Part shown: positions 51,963-64,000 of the stretch, one piece after another
How positions within the stretch are numbered: the first letter of the stretch is position 1
How the letters are laid out: each line of letters opens with the position of its first letter
NCBI GenBank assembly: GCA_964016885.1
Contig: OZ024741.1
Coordinates: 177,506,001 to 177,570,000 of the forward strand
Source: Eledone cirrhosa
Lineage: Eukaryota
Direction: 5' to 3'
Length of the DNA: 64,000 bases
Translations under genes and position numbers: made by a program
The notes under the pieces: model-generated
The model's database searches: none
What the model was told of the DNA's origin: nothing
The model's input: the letters and a program-made list of their open reading frames with translations, nothing else

Positions 51963-53030
51963 TATATATATATTCGACAGTAAGATATTCTTTATCATAT
52001 CTCACCCGGGTAAATATATAAGAAAAACCAGTAGGAAGAGCATTTGAAATTTTTAAGAAGGTTTATTTACAATAATTATAACTTTACCGATTTCACAAGT
52101 TACGTGATTTTCAAACTTTAGGCCAGATGGAGAGATGTGGGGGCATATTCAACTATCTCATAAGCTTGTAAAAATAAATAAATATCTAAACTCTCTACGA
52201 AAAATGTTCTATATTAGAAATCCCTTTGTGATTTTAATTGTGTGATGGCAAAATAAAGTTATATCATTTTAGGTGTTATAATCATTTGAATGTGACCATT
52301 TTGATACAAGACCTTGATTTAGTCGATTATATCGACTCCTTTACATAATTTATCGATGTTTGTTGTTTAACCGCTACTCAACTTGGCATAAATATAGACG
52401 CATGCACATACTTAAACACACCTACATGCACAGAATCATGAAGCTAATACGTGCAACATGTTTCCCCATCCTGTACATATTTTGCATGCAGCGTAGGTAC
52501 ATTGAACATGATGAAACCCAGAGAGATAATGTTTCAACACTTAAATGCAAGAACTACTGAATTCCGTCTGTTGCATTGACATATATTTTCATTCCGTTTG
52601 AATCTAAGACTAATATGCATTTAGTTTCATTACATTACAGCTCTGTTATTTCGTCGAACTACGTATAACTTTGGTGGATTAACTATAAAAGCTACAATCC
52701 CACCGACTTTCACTTCGTTAAACACTACATCATCTAATCAGTCTCACTCCGTTTTTCCCAACTCTACTGAAATATACAAGATAAATGATGCAGTAGATGG
52801 TTCACATTACCAATAACTTGTCTAAGATAGGTGTGCAAACTCATAACTATTTAGCTGTAAACTTGAAACATTATAACATAAAGAAAGTTAATGTTACTCA
52901 CAATACAAGTTTTACATCATCTTTCATCAAATTTGAATTTATTACGTTGTTCTATAACCAAATTCCCAAACTCTATTTTCACCATGTCTACCAATATCGT
53001 TCTCGCCATACATACAACAAATATGATTAC

Positions 53031-53059
<29 letters not shown>

Positions 53060-53065
<6 letters not shown>

Positions 53066-53448
53066 GTTTGTATTTGTAAAGCCAAAACAATGCAGGTATG
53101 GATATAGAATATAAATGCAAATGCAAAATATATTGTTGTCAATTAGTCTTTTACCTTAAATTTATTTAAATATCCTTAATGTTCGAGATAATATCTCTTC
53201 TTCGGAGGGAAGTAAAGTGGTTATACCAGCGTTCTAAATAGCTTGCCAAGAAGCTTGCGAAGAAGAGATATTACCTCGAAAATTAAGGATATTTAAATAA
53301 ATTTATTTAAGGTAAAAGACTAATTGCAACAATATCTTTTGCATTTGCATTTATATTCTATATCCATACCTGCATTGTTTTGGCTTTACAAATACAAACG
53401 TTTATACCTCATTACACAATGCTTCAAGTGAACTATAACTTCTTCCTA
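53060..53448. mobile_element. Fold-back element (arms 53060-53205 and 53258-53405) with CCGAAGA-type hammerhead-like motif
   Basis: Near-perfect ~145 bp arms. Consensus from the two arms is (C)CGAAGA-AGAGATA t TATCTC-GAAA-AT-TA-AGGA. Confidence 0.7.
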
Positions 53449-53467
53449 TATATATATATTATAATAT

Positions 53468-55207
53468 AACAGGAGGCTGGACTGGTGTAATTCCTTAAAA
53501 GGTTTATTATACTATGATCATTTTATTGACCGGGTTCAGTATGAATCCGGTGACATCATCAGGTATTCGAAATATGACAGGAATATATTAGACAAAATCC
53601 ATTTGGCTGAAAGTCAGAGACATGAAGGCGGCCGAACATTTAGCTTCTAGGCCGGTTGACCGCCCTTAAGTGATGATTATTAAGTCTACTTATGTCCTTG
53701 TGGTGAATGGGCGTAGGCATATAGTGCACTACTACCACCCTGTCATAGACAGAGGCCAGCGGTAAGATCTGGTTACATTCAAGCTGGTCACGAGTGCTAG
53801 AAAGTGACGCGAAAAATATTTTTTCAAAAAAGATATTTCCTTAACAAAGCTATATATCAGGCGACAGCACAGTATATTGTATGATCAGAAATTACGATTA
53901 GCAATGAGAATCGTTAAATTTATATTTAGGGTTAAAATATGCCAGTTAAGATGAAATTAGAAAAGTAAGAATTAGGTTTAAATAGGGAGATTTAGTTAAA
54001 GAATATACAGTAGGAGGCTTTTAAGAAAAGGTATAAGGGTATTATATATAGTCAAGAAAAGGTTTCAGGGTGGAATATAGAGTAAAGATTAAGCCCATAC
54101 TTAGCGGACATTAACCAGAGACGTTGCAGAGCCCCCTCCCCTCCCGGCCAGACGGAGCCCCATCGGCATGTCAACCGTTCCGAGTATTTTCGTCTAGCGA
54201 AAGAAAGGGAAATTTATTTTTCCGAGCACTCCAGGAATATTAACTGTTTTAAGCGTCAGGTGTGCTTGCGGGAAGTCCGCCACCGTCAGCTGGCTATTGT
54301 ATATCCCTACCGATTCCTAGTTATTCACACTGTTAGGGGATTTAGTTGAGTGCTAATAGAAGGAGGCATGATAAAGTTAAAATTTATGATTAAGCCTAGA
54401 ATTTTAAGATACTGTTTGGCGTTTAATACACGGTTGCATGGCGGATTCCAAGTGTGACAGGGCCCCAGGGCGAAACAGCCATCCGAGTATATTCGTTTAC
54501 CGAAAAAAGGGAAAATTTAATTTTTCTTAGCACTCTAGGAAGGCTGATCGACCCGAGCGTGCTGATCGACCCGAGCGGGCTGATCGACCTGGCGTGCAGT
54601 CGGGAAAGCCGCCATATCCGTCGGATCAACGCGTGTACCAAACGATTATTAGTTATTCACACTCGTGATGTGAAGTTTAAAAGTGGCAAAATCTGATGAA
54701 ATGTGTCTATAGACTATAACTAGTCCCCAGTAAGTCCGGGTTATATGTAGTGTTAACCTTGAGTGGGCTGGCCTCTGTCTATGACAGGGTGGTAGTTGTA
54801 CACTATATGCCTACGCCCATTCACCACAAGGTCATAAGTAGACTTAATAATCATCACTTGAGGGCGGTCGACCGGCCTAGAAACTGCTAAACATTCGGCC
54901 GCCTTCATATTTTCAGCCCCGTGGATTTTGTCTAATATATTCCGTTGTTATATTTCGAATACCTGATGATGTCACCGGATTCATACTGAATCCGGTCATT
55001 GAAATGATCATGGTATAATAAACCTTTTAAGGAATTTCACCAGTCCAGCCTCCTATTATCTTATAATAATTAACTCCGTACTCGCACCACCAACAACACA
55101 AACGAAGACGGGTGAGTTGCTTTACGTTGAGTACTCTCTATAACATTACATCGAGGTTGACCATACAGAATGAACAGTTCTATGCAGTGATGAACCAACA
55201 AACCTAA

Positions 55208-55212
<5 letters not shown>
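53468..55212. mobile_element. PLE-like element with ~290 bp inverted arms (53468-53760 and 54767-55056), each with a hammerhead
   Basis: Plus 54959-55016: ATAC-CTGATGA-stem II(ACCGGATTCA/TGAATCCGGT)-GAAA-TGATCA-TG-GTAT. Minus copy at 53509-53566. Internal diverged duplication (54180/54483) and an 18-bp tandem repeat at 54543-54590. Confidence 0.7.
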
Positions 55213-55300
<88 letters not shown>

Positions 55301-55519
55301 ATATTCAATTATTTTGTTTGACCTGTTTGGCTTGCCTAGTCTGTTTAGCTTAGGTGGCTGATGGCTTCTTAGACCGCCATCTCAGTTTGTTTGGCCTTTA
55401 TAACCTATGTTTATTGCTCTGTTCTTTGTTTGGTCCATGGAGCGCTTGCCAGCATAACTAGGATATTGCGTTTCGTTTTGTTTTCGACCACAGCCAAAAT
55501 TCGATCTCGCTGAAATTAT

Positions 55520-55598
<79 letters not shown>

Positions 55599-55626
55599 TT
55601 AATTTAAACTTTAATCTGTTATTTTA

Positions 55627-55657
<31 letters not shown>

Positions 55658-55707
55658 TAAAAAAATAATGAATAAAACAATGAAACAGTTTCCTTCAGAA
55701 ATAATGA

Positions 55708-55855
55708 ATTATTTCTGAAGACGGCATATATATGTGTTGGTATGTATATTTAATTTTGATAGTTTGTATAATTTTGTATAATTTTGTACATAGATCTGTT
55801 GAATATGCATGCCAATTCTAACACATATATATCCTAGAAACGATCGTTAAATAAT
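55708..55855 (+). ncRNA. Hammerhead ribozyme with ~115-nt stem II, inside a short inverted repeat
   Basis: ATTATTT-CTGAAGA-[ATATATATGTGTTGG..CTAACACATATATAT]-GAAA-CGATCG-TT-AAATAAT. Confidence 0.6.
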
Positions 55856-56055
55856 GAACTTTTTTTGTTTAATATAAGGAACTGTTTCATTGTTTTATTC
55901 ATTTTTTTTTTTATATTTTATCTTGACTCAGTATTCCGTTTATCTTTCACCGAAAGTGATTTTTCATTGCATCTCTTCTTTCCATGATATCCGGATTACA
56001 TTGAGTTCTTCATACGGATTGGACACTACCGTAAACTCTTGGTAGATTTATCTAC

Positions 56056-56086
<31 letters not shown>

Positions 56087-56138
56087 GAAATATATACATA
56101 GAAATATATACATATATATATCTGTGTGTGTCTGTGTC

Positions 56139-56139
56139 T

Positions 56140-56183
<44 letters not shown>

Positions 56184-56210
56184 GAGAGAGAGAGAGATAG
56201 AGAGAGAGAG

Positions 56211-56279
<69 letters not shown>

Positions 56280-56280
56280 G
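56139..56280. repeat. (GA)n microsatellite
   Basis: Read directly from the sequence. Confidence 0.95.
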
Positions 56281-56857
56281 TTTGAACAGTATGACAAAGT
56301 ACTTAGAGACTCAGAGTGACACATTACTCCATTAGATCACTCCATCGTGTTAATGGCGGCACTCTACCACGATTGATGGTGTCTGCGCTGTAAAATGACA
56401 TGGTTCGGGTTGGTATTTATAGTTGAGATAGACTGGAGACTGAAAAATAGTTATGCAGGTCGACCATAAGCTGAATCCAAATGAACAGATAGACCGCGAA
56501 CTGAGGTGGCACCGAAAAATCTTATACTGGCGATAGGTATAGTATCTTACGGCCATCATTGAGGATTGTGTATAATTAATACTGCTTCCAAATGATAGTG
56601 ACAAGAAAACTTCTTATCATGATGTGGCTTATAAAATCTATGCCTAGATAAATACTGCACTGTATTAACTACGACAATCCATTGTTAAAATTCCCTAAAC
56701 GAAACACGTTTACACGACAGAAGTACAAATATATTACACGTTTACACAGTAGAATTTCATATATATATATATAGTAATAATAATAAATTTGAAGTCTAAA
56801 ATCCAAAGAGGGCTCGATAAGGAGAAATATATATCAAATATATAAGAACCGTATACA

Positions 56858-58940
56858 TAATAAAAAGGACGATTTGTTACGTTTCATTATGTTTATTGAT
56901 TAGTGTCGCACGTTTCGCTGTTAATCAGCTCAAGGTTCAATCTGTATCGATCTAGCCCGAGAACTGTGGCTAGTAGGTGAAAGAGATATTTTATAAATAA
57001 ATAGATGATTAGATAACCAAATTAGTTACTACACTAACTATATGGGCTAACATATACACACATACGCACCCACACCACACTAATATACAAATATACATAG
57101 CTACAGACATGTGTACGTATATACGTGTATATACATACACATGTCTGTAGCTATGTATATACGTATATACGTACACATATCTGTACCTATGTATATATAC
57201 ACATACTCAGATATATACGTACTCACTGTCATAGACACACATACATACACACACGTCGGCCTGCATCGACGTACTGATGCGTGTATATATGTACTAGTAA
57301 TAGGCATAGAGAAATATCCTACAGGAATATATGGTGGTCTAAAAGTTTAGGTGAATATCCATAAGAAGGGTGAAAAGCTTTGATAGAGAGGGGACTGAGG
57401 TTAACTGGACATGCTCACCGACATCCAGAGTTGACATTGCACTCAGTACTCCTTTGGGAGCCCTTACATGGACACACTAGAAGAGGAAGACCAAGGTTAA
57501 CGTATGTTGTTGCCCTAAGGACAGACACTGGTCTGTTGGAGAGGCAGGACATGGCAGCGATAATGAGGGACAGAGACCGCTGGAGAGAACTCGTCCATGG
57601 ATCTCGGGAATTTTACCCGCCTTAGATAGATAGATATATGGTTAATAAGACGGGAAATGTTAATAGTAACAGAATAATAATCGTAATTGAAATAATAACG
57701 ATGATAGAATTGATGATACAAATGAAAGTAATGATAATAATTGTGGTAATTGATAGGATGCTGGTGCAGTGTGTGAGATGGCTGATGTGTGCTGTGCGTG
57801 TTCAGGTGGGTGGAAGTGTTTAATACATAGTGATATGTTTAATAATGAGGGACATCATAAACAATATAATAGTAACAAGAATAACAATGATAATAAATGT
57901 AACAATGTTAATGATGATGATGATAAAGTTGATGAGACATAATAATCATTTTTTTATAATTAAGAGGATGTCGTGTATGTGACTTGTGATGTTTGTGTTC
58001 AAGTGGTTCAATTGGGATCTGTCGTTGGTTTATGTCCGAATACCAGGGTGGACAATGTATGTTTTTTGCGTGTCGGCAGTTCACGAAAATTTCCGATTTT
58101 AATTTAATGATCTCTGTCGATTCCACCAAGCAAAGCCGTTGGAATGTTGGACCACACTTCCCCTTATGGACCATTTGATCTGGTATTTCAGGTTTCTATC
58201 GTTGAGGTCCTCAATCAGGTCGACCAGTCTAGTATGGGAACGCTTAGGTAGGTGGTTGAAGTCGCTCATTGAATGTGATACCAAAAACCCCTTTAATATA
58301 TATCTTTCATATACTAGCCACACCACAGAAAACATATGTCCCCCTAACCTCAGTATCATCATCCGATCTTCTTTCTCATAGTATTCTTATCCTTAACTTT
58401 TGTTTAATTTACTTTTATTTATTTCTCTCTAACAAACATATGACCAACACAAAACACAACTCCCTTTGGTCTTGCATTGCACCCTTACATCTCTCATTAC
58501 TTATCGCTCCTTATTACCTCTACAATCTTACTCGGCACCTTCGATTCGCCACATAGACGCCATAATGGCTATGAAACAGCCAAAACACCACATCCTCACA
58601 ACAGACACCAACTATTGCTTCCCACCACCATCTCTCTCTCACCATCTCTTCATTATAAACCTTCCCCTCACATATCACACATACCCACACATTTCTTCCA
58701 GCAAAGCCACCCATCAAAACAAACTTAAACTGACCACCATAAATAAATGTGAATCGTTATATACTATTTCTATGCCCTAAGATGTTAATTCACTCATTAC
58801 CACAACAGAGGTCCGGCGAAATTTTGATTCCAGAGTCGAGGTAGATCTATACAGATCAAACCTTGAGCTGATCAATAGCGAAACGTGCGTCACTACTCAA
58901 TAAACACAATGAGGACGTTAACAAATCGTTCTTTTTATTA
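56858..58940 (-). mobile_element. Decayed Penelope-like element (GIY-YIG C-terminus at ~58040-58330) with inverted ends 56858-56958 and 58840-58939
   Basis: Minus strand reads DFNHLPKRSHTRLVDLIEDLNDRNLKYQIKWSI and RLCLVE..KSEIFVNCRH. An outer inverted pair lies at 56771-56853 and 59833-59915. Confidence 0.65.
57385..57622 (+). mobile_element. RTE-type LINE 3' end, same family as 50055-50633
   Basis: RGLRLTGHAHRHPELTLHSVLLWEPLHGH..GRPRLTYV; same 3' terminus, followed by (TAGA)n. Confidence 0.85.
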
Positions 58941-59078
58941 TTATCATTACACTCTGCCTAGTACTACAACTTTATACTTACTGGAAACTACGCATCGAGT
59001 GCTCACTCTGGCGAACCTACAGTAACTAGACATTACAATTCACACACGCACACACACACACAAACTCACACACACACA

Positions 59079-59130
<52 letters not shown>

Positions 59131-59135
<5 letters not shown>

Positions 59136-59773
59136 AGTATATTTGGCAATATACCGTATGTTTATTTTAAAACATTTTGAAGAACTTGCGCTCTCATTCT
59201 TGAAGTAGTGACTATGTCACTTACTTCTTTTTTCGGCAAAAGAAGGGAGAGAAGCTGACAGATTCTGTTTCACGCTGTTGGCAATCCTCAGAGCATCGTA
59301 TTCACCACCTTTGCCGAAAATTATAGAGGCTGGATTCTTATTGAATTCCAATAATAACCAGGAACTGATTAAGCAGAGCGATTGCCGGTCTAGCAAAATT
59401 TAAAAATTAGGATTGGTGCTCTGAAATAGCGATGCATACATGAATGTATGTATAGTATATTTGGCAACATACCGTATATTTAATTAAAAACATTTTGAAG
59501 ACCTTGCGCTATCATTTTTAAAGTAGTGACTATGTCACATACTTCTTTTTTCAGCAAAAGAAAGGAGAGAAGCTGACAGATTCTGTTTCACTCTGTTGGC
59601 GATCCTCAGAGCCTTTGCCAAAAATTATACAGGCTGGATTCTTACAGAATTCCAGTAATAATTAGGAACTGGCTAATTATACAGAACGTTTAATTAAACA
59701 TACAGTATATTGCCAAATATACTATACATACATTCATGTATACATCGCTATTTCAGAGCACCAATCCTAATTT
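59131..59773 (-). mobile_element. Second retrozyme-like locus: 318-bp tandem units plus an inverted partial unit (59689-59773)
   Basis: TGTATAGTATATTTGGCAA at 59131 and 59449. Homologous to the reverse complement of 1332-1650. Minus-strand hammerheads at 59253-59294 and 59571-59612 (GCT-CTGAGGA-..-GAA-ACAGAATCTGT-C-AGC). Confidence 0.78.
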
Positions 59774-59910
59774 ATGTATATATATATATATATATATATT
59801 TATTTAATCTGTTATTTTAATAAATATTTGCTCTACGGTTCTTATATATTTGATATATATTTATCCTTATCGAGCCCTCTTTGGATTTTAGTCTTCAAAT
59901 TTATTAGTAT

Positions 59911-59976
<66 letters not shown>

Positions 59977-60028
59977 CAGGAAGGAAGGTTTACATGGTTT
60001 GCTATACAAAAAAGTTTTTAATCACATA

Positions 60029-60134
60029 GCTTACATTTGTTTCACTGAACTGGTATGTCTAGAGATCGCTATTCGCTTAATTTTGCGTTACTCGATCACC
60101 AATACAGAATTATAACCAGTCAGATCTTCGGAGC
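60029..60134 (-). ncRNA. Hammerhead-like motif with CCGAAGA core and long stem II
   Basis: Reverse complement: GCT-CCGAAGA-T-CTGACTGGT..ACCAGTTCAG-T-GAAA-CAAATG-TA-AGC. Confidence 0.5.
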
Positions 60135-60515
60135 ATGCGAGAATGAAGAAAATACACAGGCAAGAAAAGAAAAGAAAATACAGGCTACTATATGAAGTAG
60201 TAATTGCATTCAATTAGAACAATACTATCAATACATTATTTAAGGAGACCCTGACATTACTTAGGTGGGGGGTATATAATGTATCTAATGTTACGGCGTG
60301 TAAAACTACCTGTCATAAGGCAAAATGAAGCGTTGGCATGTACAAAGTATCGTAGTGTATATCAATTTTAAATTATAAAGATAAGCTAGTTTTTACAGTC
60401 TTTCTCTTCATCTTCAACAGTATACATGAGTGGGACCACTGTCAAAGCTAAATAGTTGTTGAGTTAATACAGAGGTTAACGAATTAATATACGCATATAT
60501 TTACGCACACACACA

Positions 60516-60615
<100 letters not shown>

Positions 60616-61130
60616 TACACATGCATGTGTACATAGACACATACATACACATCAATATACACTCGTACAAAAATATACATACATGCAAAGAGATAAGCGT
60701 GCTAATTGTAATTATGGCAGAAAGAAGGTAAAGTAACATTGTAGTAGTGAAATGAGAAAAACTAGGATTTAGGATCAAATGATGGCAGCAGCTGAGAAGG
60801 AGTAAGATTGTTGGTAGATGAGATACTTACAGACAATTGTGTGGTATAGACTTATGAAGGATATAGTATACTTAATGAATATATTTCTGTGGGTAGTAGG
60901 TATCCTAATTTAAAGCTATGTTATGTTGGTTCGATTCACGGAGGTTTGAATCTTATGAATTTAGTGGCTATTCTATGTCTGCAGAAGATAGATCTTTCTA
61001 ACTTATTGTTAAGTAGCCTTTTAACATTTCTAAGGATATACAATAGCTCAAGATCACATAGCCCGCAATGGGACATCCCTGTACTATAGGTTTTAGCAGC
61101 CGACAACTTCGACCAGTTGTTTGTTAATCC

Positions 61131-61162
<32 letters not shown>

Positions 61163-61171
<9 letters not shown>

Positions 61172-61731
61172 GAGAAGAAAGAATACTTCGTGGTTGCACA
61201 TGGGTTACATATGATAAAAATAGTCCTTCATCAGTGATTTTTCAACCTTCATTGGTATTTCCTCGCTTTAGAAATGATGTACGTCCGGTTGGTGCGAGCA
61301 ATAGCTAAATAAAGCTATTGGGACAAGTAAATCGCGTAAAGCGAGCGAGACAAGTAAACAACAAGGAAGTAAAGCAACCCAAAGATAGGAAAAAACAGCA
61401 GCATGGAAATCCGGTCAGCTTAAGCTGGGTAGATTTCAGACCGTCCGACGTGAGTGAGATGTGAGCAAGAAGAGAACCAACTACAGGCCAAACGGGAGGA
61501 AGTGAGAAGGGGAGAAACAGATCGTGAGTGAGTGGAAGTGCGAGGAAGAGGCCAGTCGAGAGAAAGTGTAACTGACAGAGGGGGTGAAAGAAGGTGAGAG
61601 AAACAGAGAGAGCGGGGAAGCAGTAAGAGAGAAACAGACAAACGCAGCTGAGCAAATATATATAAAAAACATGAGAAGAAAGAATACTGCGTGGTTGCAC
61701 ATGGGTTACATATGATAAAAATACTCCTTCA
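61163..61731 (-). mobile_element. Element with ~65-bp terminal direct repeats, same family as 51274-51962
   Basis: AAAACATGAGAAGAAAGAATACT..GTGGTTGCACATGGGTTACATATGATAAAAATA at both ends. The body aligns with 51285-51870. Confidence 0.6.
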
Positions 61732-61762
61732 TATATATATAATATATAATATATAATACATA

Positions 61763-61784
<22 letters not shown>

Positions 61785-61793
<9 letters not shown>

Positions 61794-62236
61794 AACTTGT
61801 AGTTCCTGTCTGTTTATTTGTTTGTTTGTTTGTTCACGATCTCCTCCTATGGTTTTGGTGATAGACCCCCATAACCATATATATTCTGAAGCTACATTGC
61901 TCAGGGTACTTGGATAAGTATATTTCATTTCAATCAAAGGGTTCACCGGGGGCGCTACTCCCGCTGAAAATACATTCCCTTCGATTTATATGAAATTTCA
62001 ACCATACGTAAATGACAAGATATGATGCGTATTCACAAAAGTTTTGAAATAAGAATAAGATTTAAAAACGTGATTTAGATTTGATATATTACAAAAAAGA
62101 ATGTTTTCCAATTTTTCATCCATTACATTTTACATTGTGTAATATTGAAATGCAGAGTTTTTCTCCATAAATTATATCAATGATTTAAAATCAATCATCA
62201 TTTTATTACAAAAACAAGGCGCGGGTAATTTGGCTA

Positions 62237-62237
<1 letters not shown>
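61785..62237 (+). mobile_element. Probable non-autonomous Helitron
   Basis: 5' TATATAAA with nearby (GTTT)n; 3' GCGCGGGTAATTTGG-CTAG followed by T; no TIRs. Confidence 0.5.
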
Positions 62238-62298
<61 letters not shown>

Positions 62299-62379
62299 GG
62301 AGAGAGAGAGAGAGAGAGGGGGGGTCAGATAGATATGACGTTCGTACGTATGATATCTGACTGCGAACATGAACGCTTC

Positions 62380-63700
62380 TCCAGGTCAACAAAAGCATCA
62401 GAAGCTTTAGGCAAGCACTAGTTATCATAGGATTTGCTGGTTCTAGAGAGAGTACTATTTATGCAGGGGAACCTATCAAAAATGTTCAATATTTTCCGTT
62501 TGACAGCTAGTACGTTGGAATATATAATATTCCGGATGCATGCTGGTACATCACCACTGTCGTTTTCAGGCTGATTGTCAGCACAAACTCATCACAAACT
62601 GCCGAGGAATAATTCATTAGAGGTTGAAGTTTTTCTTTCATTTGCCAAACAAGATCACAGTTGTCTGCATAAATACGATTATGGATCAGTGCAATATGTG
62701 TTTTTGATTCCACAAGAACTCGACGCATGTTCAAGATCCTTCCTATTGTTTGATAACGTATCTACAGTATATGCCAATATCAGTGGTGGTGAATGCTTTA
62801 CAAACGTCAGCTGCAAAGATGGCAAACTAAATCTTTCTCTTCTGAGTAGATTTCCCGGAGTTCACCACTGATGGAAACCCATGCACTCATGTCATCCAAT
62901 TAACGTATAATGCCCGTAAACTTCTCAGGGGTAGCCAACGTCAAGGGTTTACTCCAAGACGCTAGCCTATTGACTATGCCAAAGTTTGCTGAAATCAATA
63001 ATTCAATTGTACAGTTCAAACTGTAGCTTCCTACACTTCTCCTGGCGCGCAGTGAAGATCGTATCTGCAGTGTACCGATATGGACAGAATGTTAGATGCA
63101 ACGTGATTCAGCACACGGTTAAGAAGAACTTTGACAAAGATTTTACCAACAATTGATTGTAAAGCAATCACACAGTAATTGTCTCTAACTCTTTTACTTC
63201 TCCTCTTGAAGACGCAACCAAAAAGGGTATCTTTCCGTTCCTGTGATACAGCATCTTTCAGCCTCATATTTCAGTTACTATACCATGTTTTAGGGGCGCT
63301 TTGCCAGTGATCATTTGTCTCACTGCTGTGAGGATGCTCAAGCTTGATAATGATGTGCGAGGTGTCACAAGGTCTCAATCACGCCGGAATTCATGAGTGA
63401 TGCGTGCCTTAAGGTATAATTAAAGTGTTGGCACCATTTGCTTTGATTCCATTAGGCTTACGCAATGCATTGTTTCCATTCCATGACCGTAGTGAGACAA
63501 AAATGTGTTATGTGTGCCATATAATGTGCACAGTACGTGATATAATGATTTCGCATCTTACTTTTGTGCCGAGGATGGTGAGGCTCTTCATTGCACCACT
63601 ATGAATCTTTTGCTGGTCGGAGTGCACGCTACACATGCACCCTACATTCTTTGAAAGCTTTCTATAGCTGAAGCTTTTCTACACCTTCCTTAGAGAAGGG
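62380..63700 (-). mobile_element. Old, decayed RTE (BovB-like) LINE
   Basis: Minus strand NYCVIALQSIVGKIFVKVLLNRV (resembles NYRGISLLS..GKI) and CDEFVLTISLKTTVVMYQ (resembles FGLTIS..KT.VM.Q). Confidence 0.65.
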
Positions 63701-64000
63701 CAAAAAACATCTCCAGTCAGATTTTATGTTCCCTTACTAAGTTTTTCTACTAGTCATTCATTTGCAATAAACCATTACTGACTTTTTTCCCTGCATATGG
63801 CTTGTCCACTGCCTCATTAAGTTATTTTCTGATGAAAGGCATGCGTCTGACTTCACTTTGCTTAATTGTTTCTTGAAAATTCTTTCGCTTTTCTGGGCAA
63901 GCCAATTATGAGAGGCTTATATGTTACTGCATCCTGACAACGCCCCGTTTCATATTTTCCCGAACAGGAACACGGAGTATTACTCATAGGAGAGGGTAGT

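Noticed and set aside
63828-63880. CTGATGA as a hammerhead core (also at 10035 on the minus strand and 16855)
   Set aside because: No correctly placed stem II plus GAAA or stem I pairing.

Overview
AT-rich, microsatellite-dense eukaryotic DNA with no recognisable host gene. The SINE family and repeat landscape resemble a coleoid cephalopod such as Octopus (my inference). Four main contents: (1) A ~29 kb retrotransposon nest at 20.1-49.0 kb in (TAA/ATT)n microsatellite: R4/Dong-type RLE fragments, then five head-to-tail Tx1/L1-clade elements. Three look full length, four end in an AATAAA-like signal plus (ATT)n, and all are disrupted. (2) Two diverged loci of a 318-nt tandem-repeat family (1.3-2.0 kb and 59.1-59.8 kb). 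Each complete unit carries a type I hammerhead ribozyme, and the two loci covary at the catalytic 3-8 pair (U3-A8 vs C3-G8), i.e. a candidate retrozyme/circRNA system. (3) Many fold-back elements in (TA)n tracts carrying hammerhead motifs with palindromic stem III, plus two Penelope-like GIY-YIG remnants. (4) A deleted mariner, RTE fragments (one 5'-inverted), tRNA-derived SINEs and a probable non-autonomous Helitron. All calls were made by eye; boundaries are approximate.
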